A DNA stretch of 64,000 bases from an uncultured Clostridia bacterium (GCA_934277615.1 CAKQUV010000001.1:206380-270379); one strand, 5' to 3'; shown: positions 1 through 11,523, counted from the stretch's first letter. Made by a program: numbers and translations. The notes: generated by a model not told the origin, from the letters alone.

Positions 1-25
1 CACGCACGACAAAGGAAAACTGATT

Positions 26-1711
26 ATGAACAGATTTTCGCTGCTTCTCAAAAAGCAGGTGCTTGACGCACTGCCGACGCGCTCGCGCAAAAAATCGCTC
101 TCGGATTGGACGGGGACGATTGTTATGCTTGCGCTCGTAGCGGTGATGATTGCCGTGTTTGTGATGGTTTTTTCTCTATTTGCCAAAACTTATACTGCGA
201 TTAAAATCAATCGCGTTCCCGACGTCGCGGCAAGACAATACGAGATTATGTCGATCGGATATTTTGCGCTTATCGCGCTGTTTGCAATCTTCGGCGTGAG
301 CGCACTCTGCCATACGCTTTTTGAAAACAGCGATATAAATATCCTCATTACGATGCCGTTTTCTTCGACGGAGATATTCCTCTCAAAACTCGCGTCGGTA
401 TACTTCAAACAAGCGATTTTGTCGCTTGTGTGCGTGCCCGTGTTCAACTTCACGTTCTTCTGCACGACGGACACGTTGTCGGCATACGGCGGCATTATGA
501 CTTTTGTCGTTGCGCTTGCGCTTCCTATTATTCCGCTTGCGATTGCGTCTATGATAGTGCTTCCTTTCTATTATCTAAAACGCCTCGTAAGCACCAATTA
601 TATCCTCACTTTCATTGTTATCACGGCTCTTGCGGGACTGTTCTGCTGGGGCTATTCTTATATTTTCCGCATTGCGCAAGACCTCTTGACGAGCGGAAAA
701 ATCACAACGCTTTTCAACGAAAAGGTTATGACCGGGATATTGAATTTTACAAAATACAACTACCCTGCAAACCTCTTTGCTTCCATTATGCTCGGGCGTG
801 AAATCGGCAAAAACATAGGCATTCTCATTGCAATCATCGTCGTGGCGCTTGCGCTCTGTCTTGTGATTGTGCGCGCGATATTCATTCGTGTTACGCACTC
901 AAATCTCAATTTCGGCATACCGCACGCAAAGAGAAATCAATTGCATTTTGTCAAGAGAAGCAAATTTGCGACGTTGCTTGCAAAAGAGTTTATGATTGTA
1001 GCTCGCACGGCGGACTACGCATATATGTATCTTACAACCGCCATAGTAATGCCCGTTATGGCGTTCTACTCGGCAAAGATGGCTTCGAGCATGGTAGTGG
1101 GGCTTTTCGGAAACGAAATGAACCTCTCTTTCGAGATATGCACGTTTATCGTGATACTGTACTCGACTCTCACCAACACGTTCTGCTCCACCAACATAAG
1201 TCGCGACGGATATATGTCTATGACGCAAAAGACTTTGCCCTATTCGCCCTCGTCCATACTCGGCTCCAAAATAGTATTCTGCGCTATAATTGCGGAGGCG
1301 AGCCTAGCGATTGCGTGCATCGTGCTTTGCGCGACGGGTATAGAGAGTGTGGCGGACGGGATAATCACGTTTATCGCCTCATCGACGTTTGCGCTTGCGC
1401 AAATCATCGGCGCGACCAAAAAGGACTTGACAAATCCGCACTTCTCTCGCGCGGAAGACGGTCAGATACGAGAATCCAACTCCACCGTATCATCCGTGCT
1501 TGCAATAGGGTTGGGAATGAGTTTTCTTATAGGCTTTGCCCTCCTCTTTACGTCGTTTGCACCGCTTTTCAAGGGCGGTCAACCCGAAGTGAACAAGGGC
1601 GCAAGTTACGCAATAGCGATATGCTTGCCAATAGCGATGTTGGGCGCGTCTCTCGGTTACTTCTTTGCAAACCTCAAAAAGGCGTACGAAAATCTGGACA
1701 CGGAGGACTGA
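26..1711 (+). CDS. polytopic membrane protein, putative ABC-exporter-type permease
   Basis: 561-aa ORF with ATG at 26, 2 nt after an upstream stop (tga 21-23). Hydrophobic helices run along the whole length (IVMLALVAVMIAVFVMVF, IIPLAIASMIVLPFYY, FLIGFALLFTSFAPLF). The stop at 1709-1711 abuts the next start. The family call is architectural only. Confidence 0.6.
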   Translation: MNRFSLLLKKQVLDALPTRSRKKSLSDWTGTIVMLALVAVMIAVFVMVFSLFAKTYTAIKINRVPDVAARQYEIMSIGYFALIALFAIFGVSALCHTLFENSDINILITMPFSSTEIFLSKLASVYFKQAILSLVCVPVFNFTFFCTTDTLSAYGGIMTFVVALALPIIPLAIASMIVLPFYYLKRLVSTNYILTFIVITALAGLFCWGYSYIFRIAQDLLTSGKITTLFNEKVMTGILNFTKYNYPANLFASIMLGREIGKNIGILIAIIVVALALCLVIVRAIFIRVTHSNLNFGIPHAKRNQLHFVKRSKFATLLAKEFMIVARTADYAYMYLTTAIVMPVMAFYSAKMASSMVVGLFGNEMNLSFEICTFIVILYSTLTNTFCSTNISRDGYMSMTQKTLPYSPSSILGSKIVFCAIIAEASLAIACIVLCATGIESVADGIITFIASSTFALAQIIGATKKDLTNPHFSRAEDGQIRESNSTVSSVLAIGLGMSFLIGFALLFTSFAPLFKGGQPEVNKGASYAIAICLPIAMLGASLGYFFANLKKAYENLDTED

Positions 1712-1712
1712 T

Positions 1713-4700
1713 ATGAAAAAGATAGTTACCGCACTTATGATAGTATTGCCTCTCGTGTTCCTCATCGCGCTTTTTGCCGTTACAAACGTGGCGAGCGTGT
1801 CGGCGGATATCTCAGCAAACTCTATACGCATAGGAAACAAGGGCGACAACGGCATATTCTCATTTGACCTTGCAAACTACGAGCATCCGATGTATGAAAG
1901 CGACCTTGCCGTGGAAGTGCTGCCCTACAAAGCGAAAAACCGCGCTTACTCACTTGCCGTTACGGACGCACACACCGGCGAGGCAAGCGACATAGTTAGC
2001 CTCAACGGCGACGGCTCGTTCAGCCTGAACGACGTTGGCGTCGCAAAGCTCACGTACACAAGCATGGACGGCGGATACTCTGACAGCGTTGTGTTTAATA
2101 TCGGCTCGAGCGGCATTTTGGAATACACTCCCACCCTCTCGGACGTGCAAGGCAACGCTATATCTCTTGACGGAAACGGCGACGATTACACCGCCACAGT
2201 GAGTACCGGCACGTTTATACTCGGCGGCGACTATTATCCGCAAACCGCAACCAACGTGCAAATCAAATACGAAAGCGAAAACGCCTCCGCTCTCACGGTC
2301 AACGAAGTGAGCGGACGAGTGTATGCATATTTCGACACGGACACGACGGTGAAAATGCACGTCGTAAACGCATTCGGACAAAACGTAACTAAACGCATAG
2401 CGTTTAAAGTGCGCAAAGACGGCGACGCGGCGGTGAACGGCGAGATTGCGCCTAAAAGCACAACGGGCACCGTACCCACCGTTATCGCGCCGCTCAACAC
2501 AAAGCATTTTACCTTTTACGTCGATTACGACGGCGTAACTGACGGGAATATACAAATATCGGGCATACCCGGCGCAACGTACTCCGTACGCAAGTTGGAC
2601 GACGTAAACAACCACTCGTATGCCGTTGACGTAACGCTTGCAAACCCCGTAACTTCACCGACCTCAAACATCAGATGTTCCGTTAAAGTCGGCGACGACG
2701 CGGCGAGCGTGCGACACTTCAGATTGTCATACGCGAACGTCGACTTCTCCGTAAACTCTTTCGGTAACCCTGACGGAAAGGGCGGTTTGGTGCTTCTTGA
2801 CGATACGAACACCAAATTTACCGTGTCCGTGGAGCCGTATGCGGCGTTGCAATACGAATGGTCTATAGAAAACGAAAACGTCGCAAAAATATCCGCTCAA
2901 AACAACGAATATTGCTATATTCAAGCGGTGAGGGACGGCAAGACGACGTTGAGAATACAATGGAAACGTGTGGAAAACGGCTCGGTTGCGGCAAGCGGAA
3001 CGATAGAAAGAGAACTTGTTACGACCAAAGCTTACACATCTCTTATGTTCAACGAATCCGTTACGAAATACGGACTCGGCACGCTTGCAATCGCAAATCA
3101 GCGCTATGAGGGCAATACCTCGGTAAAGACAGATTATATCACCACTCTCTACAACAACGTGATAGGCGGCGACAAGGCGCAAGCGGAAGTTGAGGATTTT
3201 GAAAACATAGTTTTCAAGTCCAGCAACGAATCGGTGGCGAGCATAAAAATAATTGACGGCAAAGTGCATTTCGTCATAAAGGATACCGGCGACGTTACGA
3301 TAAGCGCAAGCTGGAAATACGGAGAGAGATTTAACGTATCTCCCGCTTCCATAACGTTCAAGGCTGTAAACGGCGTATACGTATCGGATTACGACCAACT
3401 TGTGCTTGCAGGCTCGCAAAACAAGCAAATCGTGCTTAAGAATAATATTTACCTCGGCGAAAACCTGTTTGACGAAAACGGAAAAGCCAAATATGACGAA
3501 AATACCATGAGCGAAAAGCTCAGAACGTACACAAAAGAGATTTACTCCACCGCGGATTGCAGATATTACGAGAACACCGGCAAAGGCAAACAAACCGTGC
3601 GCTACTGCTATGAGTTTACAAACAACGTGTACGGCAACGGATATATGCTCAACGCAGAGTATATCACCAACGTTATCGACAGCACGGGCGTGTTGCACGA
3701 TTATGCAGTGTTCAAAGGTCCGCTCGATTTCGTTGCGGCATATATGAACGGCACAAAGATTGCTTCCGTCAAAGGACAGGACAACATTTCCTTCCTTGTG
3801 AGAAAGGACGGCATTACGCTGGATAACGTGGTTTTGGCAGGCTGCGACGACGAATCGCTGTACAACGGCGATACGATGGAACTCAATCTGCTCAACTATA
3901 TCGGCACTACGATTGAAATTATGAGCGACGCTACGATTAAGAATTGTCGCGTTAAGAACGGGCGCACGTGCGTGCGTATATTCGGACGAGATAACGTTGT
4001 CGGCGATACGCCTAACGTGGCGCAAGAGAAAATAAACGTAACGATTGACGGTTGCAGATTGCAAACGGCAAGAGAGTTTATCCTCAAAATAGGTACAAAT
4101 CGTTTCTTGCAAGGCACATCGGGCACATCCGACACTCTGTCCCCTGCTTTTAAGACTTCGACGGGCGCGAACTACGTGCAGAACAACAAGTCCGAATGCG
4201 ATAATCTTGCAAACGACAACTTCTTTGTGTCCAACTATGTGCTTACGGACGTCGTGCTTAAAGACAGCGTGCTGACAAAGAGCGGCTTGTTTACAATCGG
4301 TCTTGAAAGCCACTTTGCAGGCGGTTTCCTCGACAGCGGCGAGGCGACTATGAGCGGAAGTCTGGCAGGCTGGAGCGGACTTGCGGCGACAAGCTACCCT
4401 GCAATTTTGCATCTTGTGGGCGACGTGGTGCTGGAGGACTGGAAAGACCTCGAACAAGTGGACAGTTCCACCCTTATCGAAACGTCGCTTAACAGCGATA
4501 CTCAGCGCTTTGCGTTCCTGTCGCTCAATATCAAAGAGATGTTGCTTGAAGTGAGACGTCAAAATAGCGAATGTCAAAACATTCTCAAAGTCGTGGGCGA
4601 CAAGAACTACGTGCACGGAGGAATCGCGTTCTACGGAGGCGGAAAGAACTACCATATTCTCGACACGAGCGCGTACACGTTTGAGGCGATGCATCAATAT

Positions 4701-4838
4701 AACGTCAATATCGGCGTGCTTGCAAACTCCACGGACGACAAACTCAAAACGCAGGGCGAAATGCTGCCATACGCCGCAGGTACGGAAGATTTCCGTTTCG
4801 TGATGTTTGACGCAACAAGCAACTACTCGCCAAAATAA
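1713..4838 (+). CDS. membrane-anchored/secreted protein with Ig-like (Big_2-type) repeats and a C-terminal parallel beta-helix (pectin-lyase-fold-like) region
   Basis: ATG at 1713 preceded by GGAGGA (1703-1708). N-terminal signal/anchor MKKIVTALMIVLPLVFLIALFAV. Big_2-like segments (NENVAKISAQNNEYCYIQAVRDGKTTLRIQW; SNESVASIKIIDGKVHFVIKDTGDVTISASW). Beta-helix-like repeats (ITLDNVVLAGCDD, IEIMSDATIKNCRVKNGRTCVRIFG). The ORF-track start at 1665 is probably too far upstream. Confidence 0.75.
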   Translation: MKKIVTALMIVLPLVFLIALFAVTNVASVSADISANSIRIGNKGDNGIFSFDLANYEHPMYESDLAVEVLPYKAKNRAYSLAVTDAHTGEASDIVSLNGDGSFSLNDVGVAKLTYTSMDGGYSDSVVFNIGSSGILEYTPTLSDVQGNAISLDGNGDDYTATVSTGTFILGGDYYPQTATNVQIKYESENASALTVNEVSGRVYAYFDTDTTVKMHVVNAFGQNVTKRIAFKVRKDGDAAVNGEIAPKSTTGTVPTVIAPLNTKHFTFYVDYDGVTDGNIQISGIPGATYSVRKLDDVNNHSYAVDVTLANPVTSPTSNIRCSVKVGDDAASVRHFRLSYANVDFSVNSFGNPDGKGGLVLLDDTNTKFTVSVEPYAALQYEWSIENENVAKISAQNNEYCYIQAVRDGKTTLRIQWKRVENGSVAASGTIERELVTTKAYTSLMFNESVTKYGLGTLAIANQRYEGNTSVKTDYITTLYNNVIGGDKAQAEVEDFENIVFKSSNESVASIKIIDGKVHFVIKDTGDVTISASWKYGERFNVSPASITFKAVNGVYVSDYDQLVLAGSQNKQIVLKNNIYLGENLFDENGKAKYDENTMSEKLRTYTKEIYSTADCRYYENTGKGKQTVRYCYEFTNNVYGNGYMLNAEYITNVIDSTGVLHDYAVFKGPLDFVAAYMNGTKIASVKGQDNISFLVRKDGITLDNVVLAGCDDESLYNGDTMELNLLNYIGTTIEIMSDATIKNCRVKNGRTCVRIFGRDNVVGDTPNVAQEKINVTIDGCRLQTAREFILKIGTNRFLQGTSGTSDTLSPAFKTSTGANYVQNNKSECDNLANDNFFVSNYVLTDVVLKDSVLTKSGLFTIGLESHFAGGFLDSGEATMSGSLAGWSGLAATSYPAILHLVGDVVLEDWKDLEQVDSSTLIETSLNSDTQRFAFLSLNIKEMLLEVRRQNSECQNILKVVGDKNYVHGGIAFYGGGKNYHILDTSAYTFEAMHQYNVNIGVLANSTDDKLKTQGEMLPYAAGTEDFRFVMFDATSNYSPK

Positions 4839-4944
4839 GAAACTAACGCAAATTTTGCGACTGTATAAATAAAACCTAATCACACTATCTCGTTTCCGAA
4901 AGGAAAATATCAAGGGAGAGGGAGAAATTACATTGGGGTGTAAT

Positions 4945-7900
4945 ATGAACAAGACAAAAAACAAAAGTAAACTGCTTGCATTGACAATGATTTTGGCGCT
5001 TGTCGTTATCGCTACCGCTATGCTTGCCGCATGCAACGAAACCGACGGTCAAGGCGCAATGAAAGTCATTACGTTTGACTTCAACGACGGCACGGGAAAA
5101 ACGTTAGAGAAAATTCTCAACATCGACGAATCCATATCTTATACTCCGCCTGCGCACGAGGGATATAACTTTACCGGTTGGACGTTTGACAAGGAAGGAA
5201 CAAACGCATTTGACGCAAGCAAGGTGGAAACGTCGTCGTTTACGCTGTACGCCCAATGGAAGATAAAGACGTACGCCGTCTATTTCTTCCTGTACGAAGG
5301 CGAAGATCCGATATCCGCTCAAACCGTCAATTACGGCGAGAGCGCAGTCGCACCGAGCGAGGAATCCATTGCTCAATATCTCAAAGAGGGCGACGTGTTT
5401 GTCGGATGGGATAAAAGCTTTGATAACATCAAGAGCGACGCTTACGTGTATGCGGAAACTTCCAAAATCGAATGCTCCGTCAAATTTGTGGACGGCGAGA
5501 ACGAAATTAAGTCCGCTAAAGGCACGTTCGGCGAAAAAATAACCTTGCCGAGCGACAACGAAAACCCGACGAAAAACGGATATAAGTTTGCAGGCTGGTT
5601 TGACGAAAAAGGCAATCAGGCAACCGCCGAAACGACATTTAGCGGCGACAAAACCTACTTTGCAAAGTGGATAATCAACGCTCCGCAACAACCCAAACTC
5701 AACGGCACCTCTGCAATAACGTACGGCGAGAGCGCAAACCTCACCGCCTCTATATCAGAGAAAATCAATGGTATTTCGTATACTTACGAATGGTTTGAAA
5801 AAGGCGTAAGCATAGCAAAAGGCGAAAATGCGACAATTGACAAGCTCGGCGCGGGCAAACACGTGATTATGTGCTATGCAACCGCGTCCGACGGCACTCA
5901 AACAAGCGTCGCGTCCGGTGCGTCGGTAACTGTAAATGTGCAAAAAGCCACTTTAAGTGCGACAATCGCTACAATAAACCTCGTTTACGGCGATGATTTA
6001 CCCGTTTTAGACGTTCAATATACGGGATTTAAGTATGACGACAATCAAAGCGCAATCGACGCCACAAACGTGCAATGGGATACTGCTTATACGCAAACCT
6101 CGAGTGTTGGCGAATACACGATAATCGCAAGCGGTTTTGCGGCGGCAAACTACGAAGTGAGCTTTGCGCAAAGCAAGATTGTTGTCGGCAAGAAAGACGT
6201 TGCGGCAAAGAGCAATCTCGTTTTCGACAAAGAATACGACGGACAGACGTTGGTAAAGACGTTTGGCAACGACAGTTTTGACGGAGTGTTTGCAGGACAC
6301 GTATTAACGCTTGTCCTCACCACGTCGGCGAGCGGCGTTGGCGAATACAGCCTTGCAAACGATACGATTACAAGCAATCTCAAAATCATAGACGGCGAAG
6401 GCAACAACGTTACGGCAAACTACTCCGTTTCGGTCGCCGCAACGGCGTCTATCTCCCCTGCGGCGATAAGCGACGACGACTACACCGTGCCGACAGTCGA
6501 GGCAAACACGTTTGCGTTTGACAACCACAACCACGGCGTGGGAGTAAAGAGCAATGATTTTGAAATAACGTACTCGCTCGAGCAAGACGGCGAATATACC
6601 GCCGTGCAACCGCACTTCACCGACGCAGGCATTTATACCGTTTATTTCAAAGTGTCGCGTAAAAACTACAAGAGCGCAAACGGTAGCTATGTCGTAACTA
6701 TCAACAAGGCGACGCTCGACATCACGATAAATAATCAAAAGACCGTATATGGCAAAGAATTTGAACTTGACAAGACTTTGTATCGCGTAAGCGGCAACGA
6801 CTATAATTTGTTGACATACACGCTCGCGTGCGCGTACGAGGAAGGTAACGGCGCAGGCGCTTACCCGATTATCCTCACAATCGGCACAAAGGGCGAAACG
6901 CGCGGCAACATAGCTCAAAACTTCGACATCAAGATGAACAGCGCCTATCTCGACGTTGATAAAGCGGCGCTGAGCGTGGCTCTCAAGCCCGTTTCCGTAA
7001 CGTACGGCGACGCACTCGAACTCGACATACAAAAACTTGCAACTATCGTCGGACTCTACGGCGCAGACCAAATTGCAGATGTAATCGCTCTCACAACGGA
7101 CTATGCGGCGGACAACAGCCACGTCGTAGGCGGCGAATACTATGTGTATTGCGCGCTCAAGAACGAAAACGGCAACTACACTCTCGCCGACGACAGCGTT
7201 GTAAAGGCGCAAGTTGCGGTAAATAAGCGCACGATTACAGTCAAAGTCGACGATATGAGCGTTATGTACGGCGAGGCTCTCGGTAAATACGACTACACTA
7301 TCGCGAACGGCTCTATCGTTAAAGGCGACGACGTGAACGAGGTTGTGGTATGCCAAAGCGACTACGTTTCCGAATACGGCAATCGCACGCAAGCCGGTGA
7401 AAACGTCGTGATCAACGTAACGTCCGGCAACGCAAACTACGACGTAACGGCAACGACAAGCGCATTGATTACGGTTACAAAGCGTCCCGTAATTATCAAA
7501 CTAAGTTCCGGCGGACAAAATCGTTTGTATTACGGCAAAGCCCCGGACAACTTCTTTGGCGTAAATAATATGCACGTGAGCGTCGATACCAAAAACGGCT
7601 TGAATAAAGCACAAGGCGACGACGTCGGAGAAAGCAGGAACTATGCGTTCTCGCTTGTACGCGGCAGATTTGGCGAAAATCCGGAAGAAGGATACGTCCC
7701 GGGTATGATTGGAAGTTTTGAACTTCGCGCTGTTCCTACGGACGAATATTTGAAGAATAACTATGACTTTACCGTAACTTCGGAAGAAGTCAAGGTTTCG
7801 CCGATTGCGTTTAAACTTAATTTCGAGAGGAAATTTGCCTACAAAGAGGGTGAATTTGCAACGTTTGACATCGCAAAAGCCGCAACACCGCTTTGCGACA

Positions 7901-10900
7901 GCGACAAGATCGAAGGCACGATAAGCACACTTACCGACGAAGTGGGCGTGTATACTTTTAAAAATAACTCTAAAAAAGAGGACTTTGAAGCATTGTTCAA
8001 AATGAACGGCTTTAAAGTAACCAACAAAGACGGCGCAGATGTAACCGAATACTATAAGATATCATACGGCTACTTCACTATCAATATAGAGATTGCAGAA
8101 ATATCTATTGCGCACACGGTGGATTCGCTTACACCGTTCACGTATGACGGCACGATACATTGTGTGCAAGTGGAGAATATTGAAGAAGGCGCAAGCATCT
8201 TGTATAGCCTTGACAATCAAAATTGGAGTGAAGTTGCACCCACCTTCACCGACGCAGGCACTTATACCGTGTATTACAAACTCCAAAAAACGGTGGAAGG
8301 CATTGACGAGCCAATCGTGTATGCAGACAGTTACATCGTCAAAATCAACGTTGCACAAGCATATATCAATCTTCAAGACCAAACGATGACGTTTGGCGAC
8401 GCTCTCAATATCGACCAAACCGCATACACGACGCAAGGTTTCTTCAACGGCGACGAAAACCTTGTAGGCGTTGAAATCTACGTAAGCTACTTCGACGAAA
8501 AACACGTAGGAAGTTACAACATCTGCGCAAAACTTGCATACAGCGGCGGCAACTATAATTGCCATTGGAACGGAGCAAACTTGATTGTCAATGCAAGACA
8601 AGTCAAGCTTGTGCAAAACGAAGGCGCACAATACACCGTCGTATATGGCGAAGAAGTTGGGGCGTTTGACGGATACAAGATTGTTGACGACAACGACAAC
8701 GAACATGAGGACGCAAGACAATATATCGTACTCTCGCACGTATATAGCGTTGGTTGCGGCGTTGGAAGTTATGCGGTAAACGCAAGCGCAAAAGACAGCG
8801 TTTCACCGTTGTGCAACTACGAAGTTACGGATTGCGATATCGGCGTCAACGTTTTGCCTCGTCCGATTACGGTCAAGACAAAAGACGCAAGTTTTGTGTA
8901 TGGACAAGAAATAAGCCTTGCATACGAGATTGTAAGCGGAACGCTTTACGATAAAGACGCGCTCACGGCATCGTTTGACTTCGCGCAAAAGAACGTCGGA
9001 AGTTACACTGTAACGCCCGCGTTTGACAGCATTGACGAAACAAACAAAAATTATGACATAACAGCACAAAGCGGCGTTGTAACAATCACAAAAGCCACTT
9101 TAACTATCCGTTTGAGCAAAACGCAGACAATCACATACGGCGACGATATGCCGAGTTACACAGCAACGCCCACAGGTCTGGCATATGGAGAAACACTCTC
9201 CGATATCGAATATACGTTTGGATATGCGTGCGATTATAACAGAGCAAAACGCGCAGGTACGTTTGACGTTACGGCAAGCGGAAATGTTTTGGCTAACTAC
9301 GATATCGTATATATCAACTCAAAACTCATTGTCAAAAAAGCAACTCTCACCCTCACCGCTCTGCCGCACGGCGCAATCACGTACGGCGACGACGCTCCCA
9401 CGGACTTTGCATACGAGGCGACAGGCTTTGTAAACGGCGACGATATAAGTTTGCTCGACGGCAAAACGTCTTTCCATACCAACTACCATAAAGGCGATGA
9501 CGCGAGCGACACGAAATACACGTTCGACGTGGAATGCTCAACGCTCGATAACTATGACCTGACGTTCGGCAATGCGCAAACGCTTGTCGTGAACAAAGCA
9601 ACCTACACCAAAGAACAAGTGGACGCGGCTCTTGCAAACGTCAACTTCTCCGGCACGTACGAATACGGAAAAACGCTCGGCGCATACTCCCTCTCCGGCA
9701 CAGGCTTTGAGTGGGTGGATTCAAACGAGCTTGTTTCGTGCGACATGAACGACGTTGGTTATTCCGCAAGATACTGCAAAGACAAAACCAACTACAACGC
9801 TTATACGGGCGTGATAATCAAAATCGCACTTGCAAAAGCGGACGCGTCGTTTGAATTCGACGGCGAGTTTGGCGCAAGATGGACGGGCTCTGTCATTGAC
9901 TATGCAGGCATAATCGCAGGCACGGCAAAACTCGAAGGCGTGAGCGTTGCAAGCCTCAATGCGCACGTGCAAGGCTGGAACCCGACCTTCACCTATACCA
10001 TTATCGCCCCGACGGACAGAACGCAAATGATTGACGGCGGCGTCTACACCGTGCGTGTGCGCGCAAGCGAAACCACCAACTATAATGCAGCCTATATCGA
10101 TATTCCGTTCAACGTATATGCGGCGCAACTCAACGGCACTTATATGACGGTTGAGGATGCATTGGCAGTTGCGAAATCAGGCAACAAAGTTTATCTTGTC
10201 GGCAATGCATTTCTGTTTAATGACGTAGCCATAAATAACGGCGTAACCCTTATTCTCGGTCTAAAAACCGCAAATTACACACAGACAATCGGAAAAGTCG
10301 ATACCTCCGCCGAATATGCGGCAAACGGAAGCTGCGATTATTCCTGGAAGAGTACCGCTGCCGATTATACTCTCACAATTTACAACGGCGCAACGCTTAC
10401 CGTTGCAAACGGTAACGTTCTTGTTGCAGGCTTGCTCGGACAAGCCGGAGTACGCTTTGAAGGACACACGTCCGGCGCATATAGTAAAATTGTCAACAAC
10501 GGCAATATTGTGCTGAACAGCGGTAGTTTTGATATCCGAGGCCTTGTAAACGGCAACGGACAAGCAACATTCAACAGCGGTAAAATATATAGTCCGTTCG
10601 TAGTTCGCGACTTCAAAGGCGGATCCTACACTGTTTACAAAGCGTGGGATGCGGCTATGTTGATTGATTGTTTGACAAATCGCGTTGCTCCGTTTAGCGA
10701 ATACGAAATGCCCAACATTCAATGCAACAGCAGATATTATTCAGGCGCAACGCTCACAGGATATGCGGATTTGTATGCAAGTAGCAAACACAATACAACA
10801 ACAATCGACGCAATCTCGCCAAGCGGTATTTTGCAAATCTCGAGCGGCGGATATATTGACAAATCATATAATGCTTCAATAGAGGTAACCACGCTTACTT

Positions 10901-11394
10901 TTGTCGGAACGGTTACAATGGGCTCTCTTTCCATGGAAGTACAGGGTAAAAACGTAAGTATGAGCAAAACATTCTTCCCTATTCCGTGGACCTATAATAT
11001 AAACGTAGGTAACGGCTCGACGGCATCCACGCTCAATGCAGGTTACAAATACAAAATAATGCCCGGCGCAGTAATAACCGTAAGAACAAACGGCAAATTA
11101 TCTTCAACCGGCAATTTGATTGTGTATAGCAACTTCACCGATACCAACACTATCCAACAATACCCCGTATCCAAGGGCACGGCAGGCACTCTTATGATTG
11201 ACGGCGGTACGTTCGAAGCAGCGGCGTTTGGCGGTATTGTACAAGGCACCGGTAAAGGCGGAACGGCAAAAGTAACAAGCACACTTTCCGTAACTGCATA
11301 CGAACACAACAATTCCGATAGATACAAAGTTACTGAAACTGCTCGCCTTGCCGACGGCATGGCTATGACCAAAGGCACGACTTATACTTTGTAA
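4945..11394 (+). CDS. giant surface lipoprotein with InlB-B/Listeria-Bacteroides repeats and many MBG-type repeats
   Basis: Lipobox signal MNKTKNKSKLLALTMILALVVIATAMLAAC from ATG 4945 (alternative TTG at 4933). GYxFxGW...YAxW repeats (EGYNFTGWTFD...LYAQW; NGYKFAGWFDE...YFAKW). More than 10 MBG-like units (KATL..xxVYGD....Y...G....D.......vGxYtI......NYdvtf). C-terminal Gly/Asn/Thr-rich beta-rich region. A terminator follows. Confidence 0.85.
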   Translation: MNKTKNKSKLLALTMILALVVIATAMLAACNETDGQGAMKVITFDFNDGTGKTLEKILNIDESISYTPPAHEGYNFTGWTFDKEGTNAFDASKVETSSFTLYAQWKIKTYAVYFFLYEGEDPISAQTVNYGESAVAPSEESIAQYLKEGDVFVGWDKSFDNIKSDAYVYAETSKIECSVKFVDGENEIKSAKGTFGEKITLPSDNENPTKNGYKFAGWFDEKGNQATAETTFSGDKTYFAKWIINAPQQPKLNGTSAITYGESANLTASISEKINGISYTYEWFEKGVSIAKGENATIDKLGAGKHVIMCYATASDGTQTSVASGASVTVNVQKATLSATIATINLVYGDDLPVLDVQYTGFKYDDNQSAIDATNVQWDTAYTQTSSVGEYTIIASGFAAANYEVSFAQSKIVVGKKDVAAKSNLVFDKEYDGQTLVKTFGNDSFDGVFAGHVLTLVLTTSASGVGEYSLANDTITSNLKIIDGEGNNVTANYSVSVAATASISPAAISDDDYTVPTVEANTFAFDNHNHGVGVKSNDFEITYSLEQDGEYTAVQPHFTDAGIYTVYFKVSRKNYKSANGSYVVTINKATLDITINNQKTVYGKEFELDKTLYRVSGNDYNLLTYTLACAYEEGNGAGAYPIILTIGTKGETRGNIAQNFDIKMNSAYLDVDKAALSVALKPVSVTYGDALELDIQKLATIVGLYGADQIADVIALTTDYAADNSHVVGGEYYVYCALKNENGNYTLADDSVVKAQVAVNKRTITVKVDDMSVMYGEALGKYDYTIANGSIVKGDDVNEVVVCQSDYVSEYGNRTQAGENVVINVTSGNANYDVTATTSALITVTKRPVIIKLSSGGQNRLYYGKAPDNFFGVNNMHVSVDTKNGLNKAQGDDVGESRNYAFSLVRGRFGENPEEGYVPGMIGSFELRAVPTDEYLKNNYDFTVTSEEVKVSPIAFKLNFERKFAYKEGEFATFDIAKAATPLCDSDKIEGTISTLTDEVGVYTFKNNSKKEDFEALFKMNGFKVTNKDGADVTEYYKISYGYFTINIEIAEISIAHTVDSLTPFTYDGTIHCVQVENIEEGASILYSLDNQNWSEVAPTFTDAGTYTVYYKLQKTVEGIDEPIVYADSYIVKINVAQAYINLQDQTMTFGDALNIDQTAYTTQGFFNGDENLVGVEIYVSYFDEKHVGSYNICAKLAYSGGNYNCHWNGANLIVNARQVKLVQNEGAQYTVVYGEEVGAFDGYKIVDDNDNEHEDARQYIVLSHVYSVGCGVGSYAVNASAKDSVSPLCNYEVTDCDIGVNVLPRPITVKTKDASFVYGQEISLAYEIVSGTLYDKDALTASFDFAQKNVGSYTVTPAFDSIDETNKNYDITAQSGVVTITKATLTIRLSKTQTITYGDDMPSYTATPTGLAYGETLSDIEYTFGYACDYNRAKRAGTFDVTASGNVLANYDIVYINSKLIVKKATLTLTALPHGAITYGDDAPTDFAYEATGFVNGDDISLLDGKTSFHTNYHKGDDASDTKYTFDVECSTLDNYDLTFGNAQTLVVNKATYTKEQVDAALANVNFSGTYEYGKTLGAYSLSGTGFEWVDSNELVSCDMNDVGYSARYCKDKTNYNAYTGVIIKIALAKADASFEFDGEFGARWTGSVIDYAGIIAGTAKLEGVSVASLNAHVQGWNPTFTYTIIAPTDRTQMIDGGVYTVRVRASETTNYNAAYIDIPFNVYAAQLNGTYMTVEDALAVAKSGNKVYLVGNAFLFNDVAINNGVTLILGLKTANYTQTIGKVDTSAEYAANGSCDYSWKSTAADYTLTIYNGATLTVANGNVLVAGLLGQAGVRFEGHTSGAYSKIVNNGNIVLNSGSFDIRGLVNGNGQATFNSGKIYSPFVVRDFKGGSYTVYKAWDAAMLIDCLTNRVAPFSEYEMPNIQCNSRYYSGATLTGYADLYASSKHNTTTIDAISPSGILQISSGGYIDKSYNASIEVTTLTFVGTVTMGSLSMEVQGKNVSMSKTFFPIPWTYNINVGNGSTASTLNAGYKYKIMPGAVITVRTNGKLSSTGNLIVYSNFTDTNTIQQYPVSKGTAGTLMIDGGTFEAAAFGGIVQGTGKGGTAKVTSTLSVTAYEHNNSDRYKVTETARLADGMAMTKGTTYTL

Positions 11395-11434
11395 TCGCCA
11401 AATTTAGCGTTGCAAAATGCGCAAAATATAGAAA

Positions 11435-11462
11435 AACGGCTTTCAATTGAAAGTCGTTTTTC
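11435..11462 (+). terminator. intrinsic terminator after the giant lipoprotein gene
   Basis: aacggctttc-aatt-gaaagtcgtt hairpin followed by a T run. Confidence 0.65.
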
Positions 11463-11523
11463 TTATTGGTTTTCTTTGATAATTGACGCTTTTTTGCTAT
11501 TGATTGGTCAAATTGAACGTTTT

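Noticed and set aside
2727-5036. Very long antisense ORFs: 769 aa here, plus 58857..60872 (671 aa), 38356..39696 (446 aa), 6304..7392, 35874..36986 and 62862..63791.
   Set aside because: Each lies opposite a gene with unmistakable motifs (exoprotein, asnS/asnA, gyrA, gyrB, aspS). They translate to Arg/Val/His/Phe-rich low-complexity text and have no RBS. They are the usual stop-poor mirror frames of coding DNA.
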